Assembly (NCBI RefSeq): GCF_009914755.1 | Contig: NC_060925.1 | Strand: one strand, 5' to 3' | Length of the DNA stretch: 64,000 nt | Source: the human T2T-CHM13v2.0 reference genome, Homo sapiens | Part shown: piece after piece, positions 53,770-64,000 of the stretch | Position numbering within the stretch: the first letter of the stretch is position 1 | Layout: each line of letters starts with the position of its first letter | Notes under the pieces: generated by a model | Seen by the model: only the letters and a program-made list of their open reading frames with translations | What the model was told of the DNA's origin: nothing | Database searches by the model: none | Program-made: the position numbers and the translations under genes

Positions 53770-53940
53770 CCCCCATTTTTCTTTATCTCCATGATAGTCA
53801 AGAAGTTCTGCTTTGTGTCCAGTTGAAATATCTTCTGCTTTATTAAACCAATTTCTGCTTGTTTGCACCTCTGTGTCCATGGAGAACAACTGATCAGCAT
53901 CCTTTATATAAAACCTTTTATATTCTTGGAGACAGTAATT
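53770..53940 (-). mobile_element. L3/CR1 LINE relic
   Basis: Reverse complement CAGTTGTTCTCCATGGACACAGAGG...ACAAGCAGAAATTGGTTT...AGAACTTCTTGAC resembles CR1 ORF2 3' end. Confidence 0.55.
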
Positions 53941-55639
53941 TCCTGTGAAATGTTTAGTTGAAAGTTCCATAAACTTGAAGAGAAACAAAAGGGTTGTGGT
54001 TACTTTACACTTCATGAAAATATTGTTGCAAAGCTTTGAATGTAAAGACAGTTACATTTACCTTTCTATGTGACAAATTAACTTTAGCCCCCTTTTTAAA
54101 CGCATTTTGGTTTCATCATGATACATTTAAATTATGTATTTCCTGGCAAATGTGGTTAATTATTTTGGAAGTGTATGCACATAGCAACCCTCTTTGGTTT
54201 CTCTTAATTTCTCGGTAAATCTTTTTGACTGTATTTTATAATTTAAATTTATAATTGTCCCAATATGAATTATTATTCATTTGGAATTGATTTTGGCAAT
54301 TTGATTCTAAAACCTTGAAATCTAATAATGGATAACCACTAAGAAAACATTCTCATGAGATATAGAAAAAAAATTTAGGGTCGAGTGATTTAATTGCACG
54401 AATAGGTTTTTTTATTTAGAAAATGTATTATTCCTATCATTAATTTCAATAGTCCATAATTGTCCACAGTAGTTTAAGAAATTCAAACAATATTTATGTA
54501 ACATTAAACCCAAAATATCACTGAAACTGCAAACATTTATGTGGCAATATTAATGTGCAGACATTTTCTGGGATTGACAGCACACGGGCACATGGTATTA
54601 ACTATCTCATAATTTCTTCATTCTTTATGTCAAGGGAGCTCTTCATGGAAGTTCTATGATTGGAGGGGGTCTCTATATACAGTAGCACACTTCTGCCCAA
54701 GTGTTTCCTTGGTTTTGGTGAAAGGCTGCCCTCTTGTGCAGAGATGAGAAGCAACTGTTAAAAAGCCTCATTTAGCTTATTAGCTGATGCAATTTCTATT
54801 GGATTCTAAAATGGAAGTTAATGCTATGCTTGGAACCCACAAGTCATCTTTTAAAAATATCAAGAATTTACTCTTAACCTTCCTCTGGACTCTTTGTACC
54901 TTAGCAGGGATTATGATTCTCATGATTCCTCCATATGACTCAGACCGAAGATAAACTCTCACCTTCAATTCAAGGAAACAGCTCCCCATTAGGAACAGCC
55001 TATAGGGTTTTGCTCTCAACAAATAAATGATGTGTTTATTTCTAATTACAAAACATTCTCATCTATTACTGAATCATATAACTTAATGAAAAAGAAACCA
55101 GACCCACTCCTTTGGGTCTATTGAAGTCTAGGTCTTAGCTTTGTCACCGCTGGAAGAGAAGAAACTTGAAGAATCCTTCACAATGTTAGTACTGAGAAGT
55201 GAAAAATAGAGTGCCACTCACTTCTACTGTTTTAGGTCTTATTTATCTAAGCATCTAATTGAATTGAAGAAGTAGTATTTCAAAAATGTATATTTGATAA
55301 GTAGGTAAGATAGATTATTCTATCTGAGACTTTAGTAAGTTTTATTTTATGTAAATGCTTTCTTGTACTTTTTAAATTTAGGGTTTTAAAGAGCTTCAAT
55401 AATTATTGTCACTTAGAAAAGAATGAGTTGAATATCTTCATGAAAGTTGTAAGAGTGGCTAAGAACCCTGAGCAATGGTGTCTGAATTAATCACTCTGTC
55501 TCTAACGTATAACTCACAGAATGTAAAAGTAAAGCTCTGATGTGATTATAGTTTAGAATTCCACAAGGTCTTTGGTCACCAGAGTATGTTTGAGCCCCAC
55601 CTTTTTTTTAGATAAGGATGACATAAAAACAAACAGAGC

Positions 55640-56220
55640 CTCAAGGAAAATGAAAACATGTGTCCCCACAAAAACTTGTACACAAAAGTTCATAGCGGGA
55701 TTGTTCATAATAGCCATAATAACCAAAACGTGGAAACAACCCAAATGTCTGTCAGTGGACAAAATGTGATTTATACATACAATGGGTTCTTATTCAGCCA
55801 TAAAAAGAAATGAAGTACTGATACATGCCACAGCATGGATGAACCCTGAAAATATTACACTAAGTAAAAAAAGCCAAACACTAATGGCTATATAATGTAT
55901 GGTTCTATTTTTGTGAAATGTCCAAAATGAGCAACTCTATAGAGATATGTAGATTAATGGTTTCCTAGAGTTGGGGTGATTGGGGAGGGGAGGAGAGGGG
56001 AAAAGAAGACAATGGTGACAATGGGCACAAGGGTTTTTTAGAGAAGGAGGTGATAAAAAATGTTCTAAAATTGATTGTGGCAGTGATTGCACAATTTTGT
56101 GAGTACACTGAAAACCATTACCTTGTACTCTTTAGGTGAATTTTATGGTATTAGAATTATATCTCAGTCAAGCTGTTCTTTAAAAAGAGTAAAAAAAGTA
56201 AATAAATTAAAAATAAAAAC
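55640..56220 (+). mobile_element. L1MB-type 3' end
   Basis: AAATGAAAACATGTGTCCCCACAAAAACTTGTACAC...AAAGAAATGAAGTACTGATACATGC...A-rich tail. Confidence 0.88.
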
Positions 56221-56519
56221 CTCCTGTGTTCTGTAAAAAGTCTTTTCCTTATTTCAATGGTTGGTACAAAGTCTTTATTCAGTACTGAAAATTATTCATA
56301 TGTGTGCAGTTAGCCTCACCAAACCATTCTTGGTTTAAAGATTTTATGTCTGATTCAAACCTGCTTTCTTGTTTTATGAGTTTAATTATTATGAATAATC
56401 TTCTCTCAGACTTTTCTCCCCCCTCCCAGGACAAAATGCCTTGGAGGGAATGTAAATATTTTACGTGTTGTTACAATATTTATATGAGCAGAAACAAAGA
56501 GTTGAGGGTGGCACTTTCC

Positions 56520-56750
56520 CTAATGAATGCCAGCGCTGGCTTTGGGATCAGATCTATTAAGATTCAAATCCTACTTATTCATTGTGAAATCTTGTACAAG
56601 TTCTCTTTGAACGTCAGTTTCCTTCACCATAAAATGAGGATAGCAGTACCTTCTTCATATAGCTGTTGTTTCATGTATTAAATGAGATAACATATTTTAA
56701 GCACTTTGCAAATTTACTTAGACATGATAGGTGTTCAAAAAATATAGAAA
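56520..56750 (+). mobile_element. MIR
   Basis: TCAGTTTCCTTCACCATAAAATGAGGATAGCAGTACC. Confidence 0.75.
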
Positions 56751-57548
56751 TTAATAATAATAATTTTGAAGAAAATAATTCAATTTATTTAAAGATAATC
56801 CTTATTTAGCTAAAGTGTATGAATAGAAAACAGAGTTAACAGATTCCTCAAACCATTTCAATGGTAATTAGGGAATTTTTGCATTGGTCTTTAAAAGTAT
56901 GAATATTTATAGAGAGTTCCTTATTAAGAATCATTTTTTTTCCTTCAAAAGAAAAGCCAGATACAAACAAGTAGGGAACCATTGTAGCTTTTGGGGAATG
57001 GGCAAAATTATTATCTTGAGGTATTATTTTCAAAATAATGGATTTTACTTGTCGTAGGACACTTTTTCTGCCTTTTCATCACAATTGCAATCAGCACACT
57101 ACCTGCTTTCAGCAGCAACAGAAACAGCTGGATCACCCATTTTGATGAGGGATTACTCTTCAGTATTTATAGTAACACCCATTTCACCAAGTAGGGCTCA
57201 AAAGAAGGAAAAAACAAACAACTGACTTCTCTTGTAACGGGTAACTGCTTTCTTTTGTACTAAATTTTCTTTCCTATTGCTTTCACTAGCTTCAGATCCT
57301 GAAGCTCATTTCGCCACTCAGGGGACACTAAAAAGCAGCCAAACCAACACAGCCAATAGAAATTTAATCTTAAAAACATAAGACTTTGCTTTGAAAATCC
57401 TGTAGAAACATTAAGCAAAATATTAAGGAATAAAAACAAGCCCATGAGCATGGCAAAGGTCTTGAAACCTGAACAGGGACTACATTCTAAGTCAGACACG
57501 CATAAATATGTGTCTTTTCTCACTGATATTAATGAAACGGTTAATTCT

Positions 57549-57580
57549 GTTGTCATGGCAACAAAGAACAGCTGTGATAA
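57549..57580. promoter_or_regulatory. Candidate TF-motif cluster: RFX X-box, SOX, E-box, GATA
   Basis: GTTGTCATGGCAAC, AACAAAG, CAGCTG, TGATAA within 32 bp; motif match only. Confidence 0.35.
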
Positions 57581-58169
57581 AAAGCTAAAGGTCTACACAT
57601 AATGCCCAATACAAGGTCTCTAATTCTAAAGCTGATTTTCTTAGCTACAATAGAAGTGATGTGTTTTCAATATCATTCTAAGCTTTCACATCAAATCCTT
57701 CTAGTTAATCCAATAAATAGACCAGTAGCATAAAAAGGAATATATGTTTGCACATTATAAACCTTATAAAAGAAGTTTACCTATGTCCAATGTTAAGAGG
57801 GGATCTGAAAAGTAAATATATGCTCCTTCAGAATAAAAACCTACTCTGAGTGAAACCCTAAAATGTAGAATATGTTTGAATAGGATATCAAGGTAATTAT
57901 CAAATGCACTATTATCTAGCTAGTCAGTAGGAATGTATTATATTTGAGATAACAACATCACTGCTACTACCAACAGCAACACAACAGCAACAATAATTCA
58001 ATTTTAAAAACTCACTGGAACATAGTAATGTAAGTGGCAGAGTTTGTTCTATAGGCCTATTAATGTTGTTTATAGGTCCACTGCAATTTGCCAAATATAT
58101 TATACCAGTAATCCAACCCTGGTTGTAGATGAATTTCAGGCTCTGATAAAGACTCATGTAATATTTCAG

Positions 58170-58712
58170 CTTCATTGATGAATCTCTTCCTTACCTTCTT
58201 TTTGGCCCTGGAAGGTCACCTAGATTTCTTTGTCTTCCTCATCTCCCTTCTTCATAGGTCTCTACAAGAACTGTCCTCCCTCCTCTATTCCATATTCTTA
58301 GCTCAGGTACTCACAGTTTCTCTCCTGGATTACTGTGATCGAACAGGCCTCCAATTCATTCTCCAGCCAAATGTCAAAGTAATCTTTCTAAAACATAAGT
58401 GAAATCATGTCCCTTCTCTTAAAATCTTTCAGATTTCCTCCCTTTTCTGTCTGAGAAAAATCAAAAGTTCTTAGTATGGCTTAGAAGAGGCTTCACGTGA
58501 ACCTTAGCAACTTCACCCTCATCTCCTCTGATGCCCCACTTGCTCTGTAGTCAAAAAGACCTTCTGAAGTTTTCTGAATGGGCATTATGTTTACGATTTC
58601 TATATCATTTTATAGCTGACTGTCCTTTACTTTGAATGTCCCTTTTTGCTTTCCCATGTAATGATTTCCAATTTGTAGTTGTAAATTTAACTCATATTTT
58701 CAAGGGTGAGCA
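58170..58712 (+). mobile_element. L2
   Basis: CTCCTGGATTACTG...GTAATCTTTCTAAAACATAAGTGAAATCATGTC...AGTTCTTAGTATGGC. Confidence 0.75.
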
Positions 58713-59450
58713 ATATAGTGCTTTATATATAATAGTTTTTGAAAAGGTCAAAATTAAAATATTCCACAGTTAAATAAATTGTAGCACAGCCATAATATCA
58801 AGCCATTACACACCATGCTAGAGATACACATGTAGTGATATAAAAAACTATTGTTGCTCTTTTTTAAGGTTATTATTGGGTTAAAATCAGTATATGCTAG
58901 GTGATTCAATTTTTTCAAAATTAACTTTATTGATGTATAGTTTACATAGTATAAAATACTCACATTTAAAAAGTACAGTTTGATGGTTTTTAAAAAAGTG
59001 TATACTACCACGTAACCACAATCACAATCAATATATAGAATATTTTCTGCTATTCCCTTCTAGTTATTCCTCATGTTCATCCCTGGCCCCAGGCAACCAC
59101 TGATTTGACTTCTATCACTATAGACTAGATTTTTTTTCTGGAGTTTCACATGAATGGAACTTAGAGCATGTTTTTTTGTGTGTGTCTGGATTTTTTCTTT
59201 TAGCATAATGACTTTGAGATTCACCCATGTTGTCCTGTGTACCAGTAGTCCCTTTACTTTTATTGGTGATTCGCATTTGATTTGGACATTCAGTAATTTA
59301 TTCACATGTTGATGGATGCTTGGGTCATTTCCGGTTTTGGCCTATCATGAATAAAACTTCTATAAACATTCAAGTACAAGTCTTTACATAGACATTTGTT
59401 TTCATTTCTCCTGGATAAATATGTAAGAGTGGAATTGCTCAGTTGACTGG

Positions 59451-62083
59451 TGTCTTAGTTCATTTGGGCTGCTATAACAAAAATACTATACACTGGATAG
59501 CTTAAAAAACAAACATTTATTTCTTACAGTCCTGGAAGCTGGGAAGTCCTGGATCAAGACACCAATAGATTTGGTACCTGGTGAGAGCTCTCTTTTCAGT
59601 TTGTAGATGGCCATCTTCTTGCTGTGGCAAGGGACAAAGGGTTCTCTCTGGGGTCTCTTTTATCAAAGCATAAATCGCATTCATGAAGGCTGATGTGGTT
59701 TGGCTGTGTACCCACCCAAATCTCATCTTGAATTGTAGTTCCCATAATCCCCATGTGTTGTGGGAGGGACCTGATGTGAGGTAATTGAATCATGGGGTGG
59801 TTACCTCCATGCTGTTCTCATGTTAGTGTCTTGTCATGAGATCTGATGGTTTTATAAGGGGCTTTCCCCTTTTGCTCAGCACTTCTCCTTGTTGCTGCAA
59901 TGTGAAGAAGGGCATGTTTTCTTCCCCTTCTGCCATGATTGTAAGTTTCCTGAGGCCCCCCTAGCCCTGTGCAATTGTGGGTCAATTAAACCTCTTTCCT
60001 TTTAAATTACCCTGTCTTGGGTGTTTTTTCATAGCATCGTGAGAATGAACTAATACAGTAAATTGGTACTAGGGTGTGGAGTGCTGCTGTAAACATACCC
60101 CAAAATCTGGAAGCGACTTTTGAAGTGGGTAATGGGCAGAGGTTGGAATAGTTTGGAGGGCTCAGAAGACAGGAAGATTGGGAAAGTTTGGAACTTCCTA
60201 GACACTTGTTGAGTGGCTTTGACCTAAATTCTGATAGTGATATGGATAACAAAGTCCAGGCTGCGGTGCTGTCAGATGGAGATGAGGAACTTGTTGGGAA
60301 CAGCAGTAAAGATCAGTCTTGCCATGCAAAAAGACTGGCAACATTTTGCCCCTGCCCTAGAGACTTGTGGAACTTTGAACTTGAGAGAGATAATTCAGGA
60401 TATCTGGTGGAAGAAATTTCTAAGTAGCAAAACGTTCAAAAGGAAGCAGAATATAAAAATTTGGAAAACTTGCAGCCTGATGATGCAGTAGGAAAGAAAA
60501 ACCCATTTTCTGGAGAGAAATTCAAGCCAGCAGCAGAAATTTGCCTAAGTATCTGGGAGTCAAATGGTAATCACAAAGTCAATGGGGAAAATTCAGAAGC
60601 ATGTCAGAGGTCTTCACGGCAGCCCCTCCCATCACAGGCCTGGAAGCCTAGGAGGAAAAAATGGTTTTGTGGGCCAGGCCCAAGGTCCCCCTGCAGTGTG
60701 CAGCCTTGGGACTTGGTGCCCTGCATCCCAGCTGCTCTAGCCATGGCTAAGAGGGGCCAAAATACAGCTCAAGCCATAGTTTCAGAGGATGCAAGCCCCA
60801 GACCTTGACAGCCTCCACGTGGTGTTGAGATTGCATGCACCAAAGTCAATAATTGAGGTTTGGGAAGCTCTGCCTAGATTTCAGAGGACGCATGGAATTA
60901 CCTGGATGTCCAGGCAGAAGTTTTCTGCATGGGTGGAGCCCTCAAGGAGAACCTTTGCTAGGGCAGGGTGGAAGGGAAATGTGGGATAGGAGCCCCCACA
61001 CAGAATCCCCACTGGGGCACTGCCTAGTGGAGCTGTGAGATGAGGGTCACTTCCTTCCAGACTCCAGAATGGTAGATCCACTGACAGCTTGCACTGTGCA
61101 CTTGGAAAAGCTGCAGATACTCAATGCCAGCCCACGAAGGCAGCTGGGAGGGGGTTGTACCCTGCAAGGCCACAGGGGCAGAGCTGCTCAAGGCCATGGG
61201 AGCCCACTTCTTGCATCAGCATAACCTCGATGTGAGACATGGAGTCAAAGGAGATCATTTCAGAGCTTTAAGATTTGACTGTCCCATTGGATTTTGGACT
61301 TGCTTGGGCACTGCAGCCCCTTTGTTTTGGCCAATTTCTCCCTTTTGGAATGGGTGTATTTACCCAATGCCTGTACCCCCATTGTATCTAGGAAGTAACT
61401 AACTTGCTTTTGATTTTATAGGCTCATAGTTGAAAGGGACTTGCCTTGTCTTAGATAAGACTTTGGACTTAGACTTTTGGGTTAATTCTGGAAAGAGTTA
61501 AGCCTTTGGGAACTGTTGGAAAGGCATGCTCGTGTTTTGAAATATGAGAACATGAGATTTGAGAGGTGCCAGGAAAGGAGTGATATGGTTTGGCTGTGTC
61601 CCCACCCAAATCTCATCTTGAATTTTAGTTCCCATAATCCCCATGTGTCATGGGAGGGACCTGATGGGAGGTAACTGAATCATGGGGGCAGATACCTCCA
61701 TGCTGTTCTCGTGATAGTGAGTGAGTTCGCACAAGATCTGATGGTCTTATAAGGAGTTTTTCCCCTTTTGCTCAGCAATTCCTCTTGCTGCCACCATGTG
61801 AAGAAGAATGTGTTTGCTTCCCCTTCCACCATGATTGTAAGCTTCCTGAAGCTTCCCCAGCCATGCAGAACTGTGAGTCAATTAAACCTTTTCTTTATAA
61901 ATTACTCAGTCTCAGGTATTTCTTCATAGCAGCATGAGAACAGACTAATACAAAGGCTCTACCCTCATCACCTCCAGAAGCTAAATCACCTCCCAGAAGC
62001 CTCATCTCCTAATACCATCTCATTGGGGGGTTATAATTTCAACGTACAAATTTTGGGAAGACACAAACATTCAGCCTATAAGA
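59451..62083 (-). mobile_element. MLT1A/MSTD-like LTR (59451-59690 and 61953-62083), split by THE1
   Basis: TGTCTTAGTTCATTTGGGCTGCTATAACAAAATAC start; GACACAAACATTCAG end; TSD-like ACTGG/ATTGG. Confidence 0.85.
59691..61952 (+). mobile_element. Full-length THE1 (C/D-like) MaLR element: 5' LTR 59691-60057, internal 60058-61580, 3' LTR 61581-61952
   Basis: Both LTRs TGAT.TGGTTTGGCTGTGT...CTAATACA; exact 5-bp TSD AAGGC at 59686-59690 and 61953-61957; purine tract before 3' LTR. Confidence 0.96.
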
Positions 62084-62355
62084 ATTGGTAAGTATATGAT
62101 TACTTTACAGGGTACTGTCAAATTGTTTTTAAAAGTGATTGAGTGATTTTATATCTTCTCTTGGTGAATGTTTGTTTAAATCTTTGGCCACTGTTAATTT
62201 TCCTTTTTCTGGAGTTGTAACGTTTTAGAATTTTTTTTTCTGAAAATAAGTTCTCTGTCTTATGTTTGTATCACTCAATATTATGTAATATTTTCTCCCT
62301 GTCTATGGCTTCCTCTTTACTTTCTTAATAGTTTCTTTTAAAAATAGAAAGGTTT

Positions 62356-62570
62356 TGTGTGATTATATTTTTGTAAAAAGTGAAACATAGACATGCACAC
62401 ACCCCTTTGAAATACAGAAAAGAACCTGGAAAGATATACACATGGTACATACCTCTGGGTAATCAAAGTGATTACCTCTAGGTGGTATAATTATAGTTCA
62501 TTTAAAATTTTCTTTTTTTCCCCTAACTTTCCTTAATATACATGAATAGCTTTTATAATTCAAAAAATAT
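62356..62570 (+). mobile_element. Old L1ME4-like 3' fragment (probable partner at ~58745-58900)
   Basis: CTGGAAAGATATACAC...GTGATTACCTCTAGGTGGT. Confidence 0.55.
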
Positions 62571-62729
62571 TACATGATATGTGAATAACATTATAATAAT
62601 TATATATATATATCATTAAGTGACACTCCTCCGCTTCTTGATCTTCTGAATGTGTCTTTCTTTCATCTTTGTATTCCTGGTGACTGTCTCAGCATCTGAT
62701 AAAACTGGTGCACAATATAATTTGATCAA

Positions 62730-62845
62730 ATTCATTTAGCAAATATTTATTGAGAACCTACTATGTGCCAGGAATGTACTGGGTACTGGGAATGCAAATT
62801 GTATATGAAACACAGATCTCGCAAATAAGTAATTTACAGTTGGAT
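62730..62845 (-). mobile_element. L2 3' end (tail-to-tail with a + strand L2 end at ~62630-62725)
   Basis: TTCATTTAGCAAATATTTATTGAGAACCTACTATGTGCCAGG. Confidence 0.8.
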
Positions 62846-64000
62846 AATCTCTCTATTGCCTATGCCTATTATAATGCCTAACACTTACTAGCTACTTGAA
62901 AAATGTGTCAATGAATGAAATGAAGAGATTGTAATTGAGTCTTGTATTTCTTAGCATGATATTTTTTCCCAGTTATATTATCTATTTATTTGACACTGAT
63001 TTTTTGGCTTATCTATTAGAGTTCAGCATGAACAATTCAAATAAATTGTCTGTACAAAGGGTTTTGCCTGAAATGGCCGAATCAAGTGGGATATAATTCT
63101 GAGCCCTCTGAAGAGCTGATGAATTTTAAAAAGAGAGGTATAGGGAGGGGTTTGGAAGATGAAAACTTTTTCATTACGTTTTTCTAGGTGAGCTCATCTT
63201 AAATAAAAGTAGAGTTCGAGTCATCTGCCTGGCATGGTAACATTTTCCTTTTTATTAGAAGTGGTCAGATCAGATCTCAAGTCACTTAAGATTATCTTAA
63301 TTATTAACATGACTACAATCATTCTTTACATAGATGTTGCATATGTATTACTTGGTCATTAGACTCAGGACAAACAGTGTCATCCACATAATCAAATTGA
63401 ATGATTTCATTCTCTGGCTCCAATCTCATGATACTATTAAATAATTTCCTGTGAAATATCAACTACCAAATATTGGATATATTTTTGTTGGTTACTATGT
63501 TTGGTAACTGTGTATGATATTGTCAGCTATGGTTACTGTGTTTGAACCTTTTTCTAATAAGGGCAAATAGAAATGGTGATTGCAAGAAGTCTCAAGACCT
63601 GTGAATAAGGAAAATAATTGTTCTTTCAGCAGATACATTCTAGTTAGCTACATTCATGTGTAAATAGAATAAAAGGGGGGCAGGGAGATATTACTGCATA
63701 AATTGAACATTGACTACCTTTTTAGTAGTGGAATGTCTTTTTTTATAAGCTAATATTTGAAGGGCAGGATTTTTGGGTGTTAAGCAGTTATGACTGGAGA
63801 TTAAAGCACATTTATTTTAATTTTATGGTGGCATTCCACAGGGTCAGAATTTTTGCAAATGTAAGTTTCATTCTGAATTTTACTTCTATCTTCTGCTTTG
63901 AGGATAAATCATTACCTGTAGGTGGAAATATATACCTTAACACATTTGATAATGACTTTGGAGCAGGAAAAAACCACTTTTTTGAGTACAAACATAAAAA

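Larger units (their letters stand above)
58905..62355 (-). mobile_element. L1ME/L1MB-type 3' fragment (58905-59450 and 62084-62355), split by MLT1A/THE1
   Basis: AACTTTATTGATGTATAGTTTACATA...; TTTCATTTCTCCTGGATAAATA..AGAGTGGAATTGCT continues after the insert as TGGTAAGTATATG. Confidence 0.8.

Noticed and set aside
60188-61402. Several 60-115 aa ORFs
   Set aside because: Broken THE1 internal ORF.

Overview
This is primate, very probably human, non-coding DNA (intergenic or deep intronic). It is AT-rich and CpG-depleted, has no CpG island, and contains no credible protein-coding exon, RNA gene or CRISPR array. The recognisable ORFs in the track are decayed L1 ORF1/ORF2 pieces, Alu or LTR read-throughs, or simple-repeat artefacts; the rest look like chance ORFs. 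More than half of the window is transposon-derived. A ~14.5 kb nested L1 complex spans ~21.7-36.3 kb and a near full-length minus-strand L1PA-type element spans ~42.0-49.0 kb. There are six Alus, a full-length THE1 provirus nested in a multi-layer stack, MLT1 LTRs, an ERV1 LTR, MER33, and many MIR/L2/L3 relics. I found no evidence of a new gene system. The most interesting unexplained signal is a recurring set of local inverted, templated copies: a 36-bp exact inverted copy dropped into a polypyrimidine microsatellite, a ~220-bp inverted duplication, a 27-bp perfect fold-back at an L1/L1 junction, and several perfected hairpins. These look like fossil template-switch or end-joining scars. Repeat subfamily names are from recall of consensus motifs and need RepeatMasker/Dfam confirmation. 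Boundaries are approximate unless a target-site duplication (TSD) is given.
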